Of a stretch of 38,213 nt of DNA, positions 8,555 through 17,302 are shown in pieces. Position numbers and translations under genes: made by a program. The first letter of the stretch is position 1. Every line of letters begins with the position of its first letter. The stretch is from the sequence record SRR31156797_8170. One strand, given 5' to 3'. The notes under the pieces are model-generated. The model was given only the letters and a program-made list of their open reading frames with translations. It had not been told where the DNA came from and did not search any database.

Positions 8555-9573
8555 TTTTCTGATAATACCCTTGCTTTTTCAAGTCTTGCTAAAACTAAAT
8601 CTTTATCATTTATATCAAGTATTTTTTCAAGCTCTTTATAAATGGAATCAAAAAGTTCTAAGTTTTTAGAGTGTATAGCATCCCACATTTTTTGTATCTT
8701 TTTAGCAATATCTGGAGTTCTAAGGTATTTTGTTCCCATAATATCTTGTAACACCTCTTCAATCTCAGCTCCATAACTATTCTCATAAGTTTTTACTTTG
8801 ATATCTTTTCCCTCTTTTACTAAAAGTCGTAAAGACTCATTTGGGGTAGATGAGATTATTTGAGGTGAATGGGTAGCTATAATAAGTTGATTATTTCCAG
8901 CAGAAGCAATATTTTGATAAATCCTTAAAATATGATTTTGCCAATTTGGGTGTAATGATGTCTCTGGTTCATCAATCAAAATAATACAATCTTGTAATTC
9001 CATCATTTTTAGAAATAAAGCTCTAATAAAAAGCTGTTGTTCACCAGTTGAAAGTTCATCAAGTATTATATCTTCTTTTATATCATTAGAAAAAAGTATA
9101 TCTCTTTTAATATCTTTTGATATTCCTTGAAATTTTGTTTTTAAATCTAGCCCTTCAAAAATAGAATTTATCTCATCGACAGCTTTTTGATTAGCTTCTT
9201 TCACTGTTATATCTTCATTTTGATCTTTTATCATCTCAAAAAAATCTTTTATTTGATCTATAATTAAATCTTTTGGGTTTTCATTGACTTTTAAATATAT
9301 TATATCCTTTGTAAAGCCATCTTCAAGATAGTCTTTATCACTTTTCACAATACGAATTAAATTTGTATTAACTTTTATAGCTAAATTAACCTCATTACTA
9401 CTTATAGAACCGAGTTTTATTGTACTAAGCAAGTCTAATAATGTAGTCTTCCCACTTCCATTAATTCCCGCAATTACAATAGTATCTAATATCTTTCCAT
9501 TACTATCTCGAAAATCAATCTCAAAGTTTTGTAAAACCTTATAGTCTTTTAATTTTATACTTTCTATCTTCAA
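8551..9573 (-). CDS. ABC-type ATPase, Septu PtuA-like
   Basis: Walker A GINGSGKT, signature LSTGEQQ, Walker B/D-loop LIDEPETSLHPNWQ, H-switch IIATHSP; no TM segments. Confidence 0.8.
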   Translation of the reverse strand: MKIESIKLKDYKVLQNFEIDFRDSNGKILDTIVIAGINGSGKTTLLDLLSTIKLGSISSNEVNLAIKVNTNLIRIVKSDKDYLEDGFTKDIIYLKVNENPKDLIIDQIKDFFEMIKDQNEDITVKEANQKAVDEINSIFEGLDLKTKFQGISKDIKRDILFSNDIKEDIILDELSTGEQQLFIRALFLKMMELQDCIILIDEPETSLHPNWQNHILRIYQNIASAGNNQLIIATHSPQIISSTPNESLRLLVKEGKDIKVKTYENSYGAEIEEVLQDIMGTKYLRTPDIAKKIQKMWDAIHSKNLELFDSIYKELEKILDINDKDLVLARLEKARVLSEK

Positions 9574-9587
9574 AAAAATTTCCTAGC

Positions 9588-11624
9588 CTATATCTTTTCT
9601 ACAAAAGAAGAGAGTATATCTCTCTTCTTTCCCCCAAAGTTAATCTTGAGTTTCAGATCTTTTCCTGCTTTTTGTACACTTATTACTCTTCCCATACCAA
9701 AGATCTTATGTTTTACAAGATCATCTTTTTTAAAGGTAGCATTTTTTTCAATGGTTAAACTTCCTTTGATAAGGTCAGATTCGGTTAAGAACCTGCTTTT
9801 ATTAAGCTGGGTTCTACGCCCTTTGTAAAATCTACTATGTACAAAACTAAGTGTTAAATGATCTTTTGCTCTTGTAAAGGCAACATATCCAAGTCGTCGT
9901 TCCTCTTCAAGATCACTTCCATCGCCTACTATTGGGAAGAACCCCTCTTCAAGTCCTACTATAAACACATGCTTAAACTCAAGCCCTTTACTTGCATGGA
10001 TACTCATTAATGATATATATTCATCATTGATAGAATCTTGAGCACTTTCGAGTGAGATTTCATTTAAAAAGTCTTCCAATCCTAACTCTTGATGTTCTAA
10101 AAAGAAATCTCTTAAATATCCGTAAAACTCATCAATATTGGCTAATCTATCTTCTGTATCTAAAAGTTTTTGATAGGCTGATTTAAAATCAAAAGTTTCT
10201 TCAAAAAGATCAATAAATCTCATCTTTGCTTCTTGTAAGACATCTTGAAGATCTTCAACACTTGCCATAAACACTTTTAATGTTCTACTATTTTTCTTCC
10301 CTACTAAAGCAGTAAGCTCTTCAGGAGTATACTCTTTAATAATTTGAAAAATAGATTTGGCTTCTTTTAAAGATTCCATCTCTAGTTTTTCAATTGTTGT
10401 TTTTCCTATACCACGTTTTGGTTTATTAATGATTCTTTTAATAGAAAAATTATCATTTGAATTGGTAATGATACGAAAATATGCTATCAGGTCTTTGATC
10501 TCAGCACGTTCATAGAACTTTATCCCACCTACAAGTTTATAGTTAATACTTGTACGAACTAAATGTTCTTCTAAAGCCCTACTTAAAGCATTGACACGAA
10601 AAAGAATCGCGATCTCTTTTGCAGATTCACCCTCTTCAATGAGTTTTTTAATATCATCAACAATCTTTCTTGTCTCTTCATTTTCATCACCTGATTCATA
10701 GACTTTAATAGAAGTCCCCTCACCTCTTGTTCCAACTAGCTTTTTCCCTAATCTATCACGATTATGTTCAATCAAGGCATTAGCATGAAATAAGATCTTA
10801 TTAGTTGATCGGTAGTTCTCTTCAAGTTTAATAGTGATAGCATTTTCAAAAGTTTCACCAAAAGTGAGGATATTTTTAATAGTTGCTCCCCTCCATCCAT
10901 AGATAGATTGGTCATCATCACCCACTACACAAATATTATTATGATTATTACACAGCTGTTTTAAAAGTTTGTATTGAAGCTCATTTGTATCTTGATACTC
11001 ATCAACCATAATATATTGGTATCGTTCACTTGTCACACTTGCAAGCTCTTTATCATTCTTTAATATCTTATACGTGAGTAATAAAAGATCATCAAAGTCT
11101 ACTAAGTTATTCTCAACAAGATAGTTTTCATATTTTTCATAGATATCTGCTAATCTACTGTAGTATTTATCTTGTGCTGATGCTTTAGCTTCTTCTATAC
11201 TCATAGTTGAATTTTTAAACTTGGAAATTTCAGCAGCTAAAACAGATGTAGTGATCTCTTTTTCGATAGTTTTTAAGATCTTTTTCTTATCATCTGTATC
11301 GATGATTACAAAATTATTTTTTCTTCCTAATCTATTGATATGAAATTTTAAAAACAGCAACCCAAACTTATGAAAAGTACATAAAAGTGGTGGATATGCT
11401 ACTTCATCTAAAAGTGCATATGCTCTATCTCGCATCTCTGTAGCTGCTTTATTAGTAAAAGTAAGAGTCAAAATTGAAGCAGGATCAATCCCTATTGAGA
11501 TCAGGTATGCCAGTCTTGTGGTTATCGTTTTTGTTTTTCCACTCCCAGCGCCCGCTAAGATCAATAATGGTCCATCAATATGTTGTGCTGCTATTTTCTG
11601 TGATTCATTTAATCCTGTTAACAT
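9588..11624 (-). CDS. uvrD: UvrD/PcrA/Rep SF1 DNA helicase
   Basis: LAGAGSGKT, VDEYQDTN, GDDDQSIYGWRG, LEENYRS, HASKGLEF, EERRLGYVAFTRAK. Confidence 0.95.
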   Translation of the reverse strand: MLTGLNESQKIAAQHIDGPLLILAGAGSGKTKTITTRLAYLISIGIDPASILTLTFTNKAATEMRDRAYALLDEVAYPPLLCTFHKFGLLFLKFHINRLGRKNNFVIIDTDDKKKILKTIEKEITTSVLAAEISKFKNSTMSIEEAKASAQDKYYSRLADIYEKYENYLVENNLVDFDDLLLLTYKILKNDKELASVTSERYQYIMVDEYQDTNELQYKLLKQLCNNHNNICVVGDDDQSIYGWRGATIKNILTFGETFENAITIKLEENYRSTNKILFHANALIEHNRDRLGKKLVGTRGEGTSIKVYESGDENEETRKIVDDIKKLIEEGESAKEIAILFRVNALSRALEEHLVRTSINYKLVGGIKFYERAEIKDLIAYFRIITNSNDNFSIKRIINKPKRGIGKTTIEKLEMESLKEAKSIFQIIKEYTPEELTALVGKKNSRTLKVFMASVEDLQDVLQEAKMRFIDLFEETFDFKSAYQKLLDTEDRLANIDEFYGYLRDFFLEHQELGLEDFLNEISLESAQDSINDEYISLMSIHASKGLEFKHVFIVGLEEGFFPIVGDGSDLEEERRLGYVAFTRAKDHLTLSFVHSRFYKGRRTQLNKSRFLTESDLIKGSLTIEKNATFKKDDLVKHKIFGMGRVISVQKAGKDLKLKINFGGKKRDILSSFVEKI

Positions 11625-11653
11625 TATAAATCTTCCAAGTAATATATCTATTT

Positions 11654-11662
11654 ATTATAGCA
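11654..11662 (-). promoter_or_regulatory. Extended -10 element TGCTATAAT for the uvrD-led run
   Basis: Perfect TGnTATAAT, about 30 nt upstream of the uvrD ATG. Confidence 0.65.
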
Positions 11663-11780
11663 AATTGATTCTAAAAAGAACTTATTTCTATATTTACCAT
11701 TAGTTTTAGTAATACTTAATTTTCATTTATATTATTTTATGTTATCATTCTTATTATTAAAACTTAAAAGGCAGTTAGTT

Positions 11781-12680
11781 ATGTTATCTGATTTTACAAA
11801 ACTCAATACATTCTTGACAGTAGTTAAAGAGAAATCATTCTCTAAAGCTTCTGCAAAACTTGGGATCTCTCAACCAGCCGTTACACAGCAAATGAGATAT
11901 CTTGAAAACTATTTAGACGCTCCAATAGTTGATCGAAAGAAAAATGGTATTAGACTTACAAAAGAGGGAGAAAAACTTTATCAAATCGCACAAAAGATTG
12001 AAAAAGTTATCGTCAACAGTGAAAAAGAGCTTTTAAAGATCATCAATAAAAACATCACATTTATATTTGGTGCTTCAAATGCAATTGGAAACTATATCCT
12101 TCCAACATTTTTAAATGATATCAAACAAAAGATCAATAATGATGTAAGTGTAACTGTTTCAGCAAGTGCTGAGGCTATTGAAAAACTAAGAGATAAAAAG
12201 ATCGATATGGCATTGATCGAATCTCCTATTTTTGAAGATGGGGTGATCTATAGAGAATGGATAGAAGATGAGATCGTTATCTTCTCAAACCAAAAACTTC
12301 CACGTCGTGTAAAAGATGAAGATCTACAATCTTATAAATGGGTATGTAGAGATCCAAACTCACATACAAGAGGAGTATTTAAAGAAGCTTTAGATCAAGT
12401 GGGATTTCAAGATTGCGATACATTTAATATTGTAAGTGAAGCATCATCTCCTACTGCTATTGTTCAAACTATTTTACATAGTTCTAAAGAGGAGACTCCT
12501 ACATGTTCTATTGTTTCGACTCATGTAATTGCTGATTTTATTGAAAATGGCACACTGTTTGAAGCAAGACTTCCAGATGTAAAAATGAAAAGAAAACTGT
12601 ATATCGCTTATCTAAAAGAGAGAAAACACGACGCATTTGTTGATACAGTTATCAACTATCTTATGAGTATCAAAAAATAA
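11781..12680 (+). CDS. LysR family transcriptional regulator (start 11781 preferred over 11739)
   Basis: KSFSKASAKLGISQPAVTQQMRYLE HTH, RLTKEG hinge; AAAAGG SD before ATG 11781. Confidence 0.9.
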   Translation: MLSDFTKLNTFLTVVKEKSFSKASAKLGISQPAVTQQMRYLENYLDAPIVDRKKNGIRLTKEGEKLYQIAQKIEKVIVNSEKELLKIINKNITFIFGASNAIGNYILPTFLNDIKQKINNDVSVTVSASAEAIEKLRDKKIDMALIESPIFEDGVIYREWIEDEIVIFSNQKLPRRVKDEDLQSYKWVCRDPNSHTRGVFKEALDQVGFQDCDTFNIVSEASSPTAIVQTILHSSKEETPTCSIVSTHVIADFIENGTLFEARLPDVKMKRKLYIAYLKERKHDAFVDTVINYLMSIKK

Positions 12681-12703
12681 ATAGTAGAAACTCTACTATT
12701 TAT
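12677..12703. terminator. Bidirectional hairpin between convergent LysR and rny
   Basis: ATAAATAGTAGA-AAC-TCTACTATTTAT: perfect 12-bp inverted repeat containing both stop codons. Confidence 0.7.
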
Positions 12704-14223
12704 CGTGCATATCCAGTTGCTCGTAACTCGCGAATCACATTTACTTTAATCTCCCCTGGATACTGAACTTTTTCCTCAATATCTTTCGCGATCTCTGTAG
12801 CTAATAACACTGCCTCATCATCATTTACAAGTTCTGCATTGATAATCACACGTATCTCACGTCCTGCATTGATTGCATATGCAGCCATCACCCCAATTTT
12901 TGATGTAGCAATCGCTTCAATCTCTTCAACACGCTTTAAGAAGCTCTCTAACACTTCTCTTCTTGCCCCAGGTCGTGCTGCACTTAAGGCATCTGCTGCA
13001 CACACTGCAGCACTTTCTATTGATGATGCTTCTTCATGTCCATGGTGCGCGTAAATTGCATTGATCACCTCTTCAGGCTCTCCAAGCTTTTTACAAAGAT
13101 CAGCTCCAATATCCACATGAGACCCTGGCATATCATGGGTAAGAGCTTTTCCGATATCATGTAAAAGTCCAGCTCGTCTAGCTTTAATAGTATCACCACC
13201 AAGTTGTGAAGCGATAAGTCCAGCTAAGTTTGCTACTTCTAAAGTATGTGCAAGAGCATTTTGTCCATAACTTGCTCTATATCGAAGTTTTCCTATAAGG
13301 TGAACTAAGTCTTCATGCATACCAGTAATCCCAAGAGCAAGAAGAGTATCTTCACCCTCTTTTGTGATATTTTTATCAAATTCACTTTTTACACTATTAT
13401 ACACCTCTTCGATTCTTGCAGGATGAATCCTTCCATCTCTAATAAGCTCTTCAATAGTTTTAGTAGAAATTGCCCGACGATAAAGGTTAAAACTACTAAT
13501 AGTAATAGTATTTGGGATATCTCCTATAATAATATCAACTCCAAGACAAAACTCCAAAGCTTTTATATTTCGACCCTCTTTTCCAATAATCTTCCCTTTG
13601 GTCTCTTCATCAGGAAGTGGAATATTATTAATAAGTCGCTCAGCGGCAAACTCTCCTGCAAATCTTGTAACTGCATGGGAAAGGATATTGTTCACTTCTC
13701 TTTGCATATTATCTTTTGCTAGTTTATACTCTTTTCGAAACATAGAAGCAATGGTAGCTCTTTGTTCCTCTTTTACTTGTTCGATCATAAGTTCCGTAGC
13801 TTCTTTTTGTGTTAAGCCACTTCCGTTTTCTAAGATCTTTTCAACTTGTTTTACTTTTTGCTCATAAAGGTTTTTCTTTGATTCTAAACCTTTTTGTAAA
13901 GCTTCGATCTCCACTTTTCCATTTTCAACCATTTGTTTGGTCTTATTGATCTTATGAAGCTCCTCTTCAATCAAAGTTTCAAGCTCTATTTGCTTTTTAT
14001 CAAGAGTTTTTTGTAATCTTTTATACTCTTTATCAAAATTGCTCTGGGCTTTATGTTTTGCTTCTTTTAAAAGCACACTCGCTTCATGTTCGATCACCTT
14101 TGCTTTTGCTTTTGCTTTCTCTGCATATATATCGAATTTTGCATGATTGAGTTTATTAGTTACAAAATAACTTAATCCTGCACTTCCAATAGCTACAACA
14201 GAAGCTATTATAATTGTTTCCAT
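12700..14223 (-). CDS. rny: Ribonuclease Y
   Basis: N-terminal TM, coiled coil, KH domain (KGKIIGKEGRNIK), HD domain (LLHDIGK), ADALSAARPGARRE. Confidence 0.97.
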   Translation of the reverse strand: METIIIASVVAIGSAGLSYFVTNKLNHAKFDIYAEKAKAKAKVIEHEASVLLKEAKHKAQSNFDKEYKRLQKTLDKKQIELETLIEEELHKINKTKQMVENGKVEIEALQKGLESKKNLYEQKVKQVEKILENGSGLTQKEATELMIEQVKEEQRATIASMFRKEYKLAKDNMQREVNNILSHAVTRFAGEFAAERLINNIPLPDEETKGKIIGKEGRNIKALEFCLGVDIIIGDIPNTITISSFNLYRRAISTKTIEELIRDGRIHPARIEEVYNSVKSEFDKNITKEGEDTLLALGITGMHEDLVHLIGKLRYRASYGQNALAHTLEVANLAGLIASQLGGDTIKARRAGLLHDIGKALTHDMPGSHVDIGADLCKKLGEPEEVINAIYAHHGHEEASSIESAAVCAADALSAARPGARREVLESFLKRVEEIEAIATSKIGVMAAYAINAGREIRVIINAELVNDDEAVLLATEIAKDIEEKVQYPGEIKVNVIRELRATGYAR

Positions 14224-14236
14224 TTTTAAAACCTTT

Positions 14237-14773
14237 TTATATACTTACTATAAAATCAGGCTTAATATCATGTGATGAAGTTATGACTTTTTTTGATATA
14301 CATAATTTTCTTTGGGTAAACACAATTATCGGCTTATACCCTAATCTCTCAACAAACCTATCATACATCCCCGCACCAAATCCCACACGAGCTAAGGTTT
14401 TATCGATCCCTACTATTGGAACGATGATCAGGTCAAGCTTCTTTTTATAATGGGAATTATAGGGTTCTTTGATCCCCATTTTCCCTTTTTTTAATGGTAA
14501 TCTATACTTCACTGCTTTAAAACTATCTCCATTAATTAAAGGGACAAAAACTTGTGTATCTTTCCGTTTTCTTAAAAGATCTATTAATGGTCTTACATCC
14601 ACTTCCATTTGAAGTGGTAAATACAATAATATATTTTTTGCTTTATATAAATCTACAATATCTAAAATTTTAGTGCAAATAAATTTATCTTGTTTTATTT
14701 TTGATCTTTTGCTAAAAAATTTTAATCTATCTATACATAACTTCCGAAAGCTTTCTTTCGTATTCAATGACAT
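14237..14773 (-). CDS. ygfA: 5-formyltetrahydrofolate cyclo-ligase
   Basis: GIKEP, DLIIVPIVG, RVGFGAGMYDR, HDIKPD; adjacent to rny. Confidence 0.9.
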   Translation of the reverse strand: MSLNTKESFRKLCIDRLKFFSKRSKIKQDKFICTKILDIVDLYKAKNILLYLPLQMEVDVRPLIDLLRKRKDTQVFVPLINGDSFKAVKYRLPLKKGKMGIKEPYNSHYKKKLDLIIVPIVGIDKTLARVGFGAGMYDRFVERLGYKPIIVFTQRKLCISKKVITSSHDIKPDFIVSI

Positions 14774-14791
14774 CTCTAAGCCTTTTTAGGA

Positions 14792-14812
14792 TAAAATCCA
14801 TCCCATATTCTA
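14792..14812. promoter_or_regulatory. Overlapping divergent -10 elements for tlpA (+, TAAAAT 14792-14797) and ygfA (-, TAGAAT 14807-14812)
   Basis: Both hexamers and an SD for each gene fit in a 55-bp intergenic gap. Confidence 0.5.
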
Positions 14813-14828
14813 ACCAAAGGAGACAAAA

Positions 14829-15416
14829 ATGAAGATTAAAAAAATTACTATTTTGACTATTTTATCATTACTTTTTTTTATAGGTTGTGGAGATAAAGAG
14901 AAAATAGATGAAGATATGGTATCTTCAAATACAAGTACACAAAAAGCACCAACATTTAATCTAAAAACCCATGATGGAAAAGATGTAACAATTGTTGTAG
15001 AAAAGGATGGTTGGCAATTTAAAGGGTTTGAAGATAAAGTGGTGTTATTAAACTTTTTTGGAACATGGTGCCCACCTTGTAAAGCTGAGATTCCTCATCT
15101 TTTAAATATTAGAGAAAAACTTCAAAAAGATTTTGAGATCCTTGCTGTGGATATTGGAAAAAGAGATGGATCTATGAATACACAAGCTGAGCTTGAAGAG
15201 TTTATCAAACAATTTAATGTGACGTATCCAATTGTAACGGGAGTTGAGAATAGAAAACTTTTTGGAGCAGTAATGGAGCTTAATCCTGGAGGTTCTATCC
15301 CATTTATGATCCTTTTTAATAAAAAAGGTCAATATGTACAATACTACATCGGTATGAAACCTGAAGAGATGTTATTTAGTGATATCTCACAAGCAATTAA
15401 CTTAAAACTAGACTAG
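14829..15416 (+). CDS. TlpA/ResA-family thioredoxin-like lipoprotein
   Basis: Lipobox FFIG-C; LNFFGTWCPPCKAEIP. Confidence 0.9.
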   Translation: MKIKKITILTILSLLFFIGCGDKEKIDEDMVSSNTSTQKAPTFNLKTHDGKDVTIVVEKDGWQFKGFEDKVVLLNFFGTWCPPCKAEIPHLLNIREKLQKDFEILAVDIGKRDGSMNTQAELEEFIKQFNVTYPIVTGVENRKLFGAVMELNPGGSIPFMILFNKKGQYVQYYIGMKPEEMLFSDISQAINLKLD

Positions 15417-15427
15417 GAAAATATACC

Positions 15428-16441
15428 ATGTTTGGAATCTTTAAGAAAAAAGAAAAACAAACAACTCCTCCAGAGGTAGTAGAAGAGCTTGTAGAGAACA
15501 TCCAGGAAAAGGCACCTGAAGAGACACCTAAAGAGATACAACAGGAACCACTCAAAGAGGAGCAAGAGGAGAAAAAAAGTTTTCTCTCTCGTGCTTTAGA
15601 TAAAACTTTTTCCAATATCAAATCTATTGTTCCACAAAAAAAAGAGAAAATAGAGTTTGATGTGATCGAAGAGCTTTTAATAGAAGCAGATATGGAATAT
15701 GAGATTATTGAAAAAGCGATGGACGGTTTACCTGAGATGATCACAAGGGATCAACTTAGACATAGACTTGTAATGCTTTTTGAGCATGCTCCTGAAGTTG
15801 ATCTTAGCAATATTCCACGACCATTTGTAGAACTTATTATTGGAGTTAATGGTGCAGGGAAAACCACTACTATTGCAAAGCTAGCCAATAGATATAAAAA
15901 CAATGGTAATAGTGTGATCCTTGGAGCTGGAGATACTTTTAGAGCTGCAGCTATAGAACAACTAGCAACTTGGGCAGAAAAATTAGATGTTCCTATTATC
16001 AAAACAAAACATGGACATGATCCAAGTGCCGTAGCATATGATACGATCCAATCAGCAGTTGCTAAAAACCTTGATCATGTAATTATTGATACAGCTGGTC
16101 GTCTTCAAACACAAACAAACTTAGCAAATGAACTTAAAAAGATCGTAAAGGTTTGTGATAAGTCAATGGCTGGAGCACCTCATCAAAAACTAATGATCCT
16201 AGATGGAACACAAGGGAATACAGCAATCGCCCAAGCACGTGCTTTTAATGAAATGGTGGGGATTGATGGTATTATTGTAACAAAATTAGATGGTACTGCA
16301 AAAGGTGGAGCACTATTCTCTATTTCCAATAGACTAGAGCTTCCAATCTTTTATATAGGTATTGGTGAAAAAGCTGATGATTTGATGGAGTTTTCTCCTG
16401 ATAATTTTGTAGATAGTTTATTAGATGAGATCTATACATAA
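15428..16441 (+). CDS. ftsY: SRP receptor GTPase FtsY
   Basis: Acidic N-terminus, GVNGAGKTTT, DTFRAAA, DTAGR, TKLDGTAKGG. Confidence 0.97.
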   Translation: MFGIFKKKEKQTTPPEVVEELVENIQEKAPEETPKEIQQEPLKEEQEEKKSFLSRALDKTFSNIKSIVPQKKEKIEFDVIEELLIEADMEYEIIEKAMDGLPEMITRDQLRHRLVMLFEHAPEVDLSNIPRPFVELIIGVNGAGKTTTIAKLANRYKNNGNSVILGAGDTFRAAAIEQLATWAEKLDVPIIKTKHGHDPSAVAYDTIQSAVAKNLDHVIIDTAGRLQTQTNLANELKKIVKVCDKSMAGAPHQKLMILDGTQGNTAIAQARAFNEMVGIDGIIVTKLDGTAKGGALFSISNRLELPIFYIGIGEKADDLMEFSPDNFVDSLLDEIYT

Positions 16442-16635
16442 TGGCCAAAAAAGAAAAAGAGATCGAAGAAAAAGAGATAAAACCTTGTAGAAACTGTAAA
16501 AGTGAGATACAAACCAAACTAAGACGTTGTCCCTATTGTGGTATTTTAAATCCAACAGTCACTATTAAAGAGATACTCATCACAATTTTTTGGGTTATTG
16601 TTGTAATGAGTATTGTCTCTTATTTAATGAAATAA
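16441..16635 (+). CDS. Small zinc-ribbon membrane protein
   Basis: CRNC-x10-CPYC plus C-terminal TM helix; TAATG-coupled to ftsY. Confidence 0.7.
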   Translation: MAKKEKEIEEKEIKPCRNCKSEIQTKLRRCPYCGILNPTVTIKEILITIFWVIVVMSIVSYLMK

Positions 16636-16639
16636 GCTA

Positions 16640-17239
16640 TTAGTAAAATGGAATAAATAGTTTAGCGATCATTCCATTATCAGTAGGTTCAACCTTAAGG
16701 TCACTTCCAATTGAATCCCTTCCTTCACTCAAAGCCCCTTGAATTGTTTGTAATACATGCCAATATTTTTCAAAGAAAGGGGTATCGATCTCTTTTATCT
16801 TCTCTCTTTTGATCACATTAGCAATATCATGGATACAGTGTTGGTAATAGATTTTATTTACAGCTCTTTGGATTCTATATTTTTTCATAATATTTAAATT
16901 ATTTACCCAAGCATCTATCTCAATTTGTTTGAGATCTTTTCTATTTTTGATCTGATCTATCTCTTCATTTAAATGCTCTTCATAACTGATCTCTTCAGAT
17001 ATAACTGTTTGCTTTAGTTCAGGTTCATAACGAAGCATAATATCTAAAAGCTCATCATCAGATAATCTTTTTGTTGCAGTATCATAACTATAAGCAGCTT
17101 TTTCTGTGTAATCTTTATCAATAGCTACTAAGATCTGTGCAGCAATGATCAGATAAACATACTTATCCTCTTTTCCATCTTTAAATTCTATTCCATGTTG
17201 AGATATCGCAGGTCTAGGTCCAGCATATTTAATTGTCAT
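16640..17239 (-). CDS. Hypothetical soluble protein
   Basis: 199-aa ORF with strong SD AAAGGAG and extended -10 TGTTACAAT (17262-17270); no family recognised. Confidence 0.75.
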   Translation of the reverse strand: MTIKYAGPRPAISQHGIEFKDGKEDKYVYLIIAAQILVAIDKDYTEKAAYSYDTATKRLSDDELLDIMLRYEPELKQTVISEEISYEEHLNEEIDQIKNRKDLKQIEIDAWVNNLNIMKKYRIQRAVNKIYYQHCIHDIANVIKREKIKEIDTPFFEKYWHVLQTIQGALSEGRDSIGSDLKVEPTDNGMIAKLFIPFY

Positions 17240-17302
17240 ATCAAACTCCTTTATAATAAAAATTGTAACATAATTTGTTTAAATTGTAAGTGTTCTGTAA
17301 GA

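Noticed and set aside
8015-9587. Retron (Ec78/Ec83-type) associated with the PtuAB-like pair
   Set aside because: No reverse transcriptase in the window and only 14 nt upstream of the ATPase, so no room for msr-msd.
8017-9598. AAAAGAT microhomology at the ends of uvrD and the HNH gene as a target-site duplication
   Set aside because: A 7-bp AT-rich match is expected by chance, and there are no terminal inverted repeats or recombinase.
1169-14828. 6S RNA after zapA or before ygfA (zapA-ssrS-ygfA arrangement)
   Set aside because: The zapA-like gene overlaps a convergent gene and ygfA has only 55 nt upstream, so there is no space for a ~180-nt RNA.
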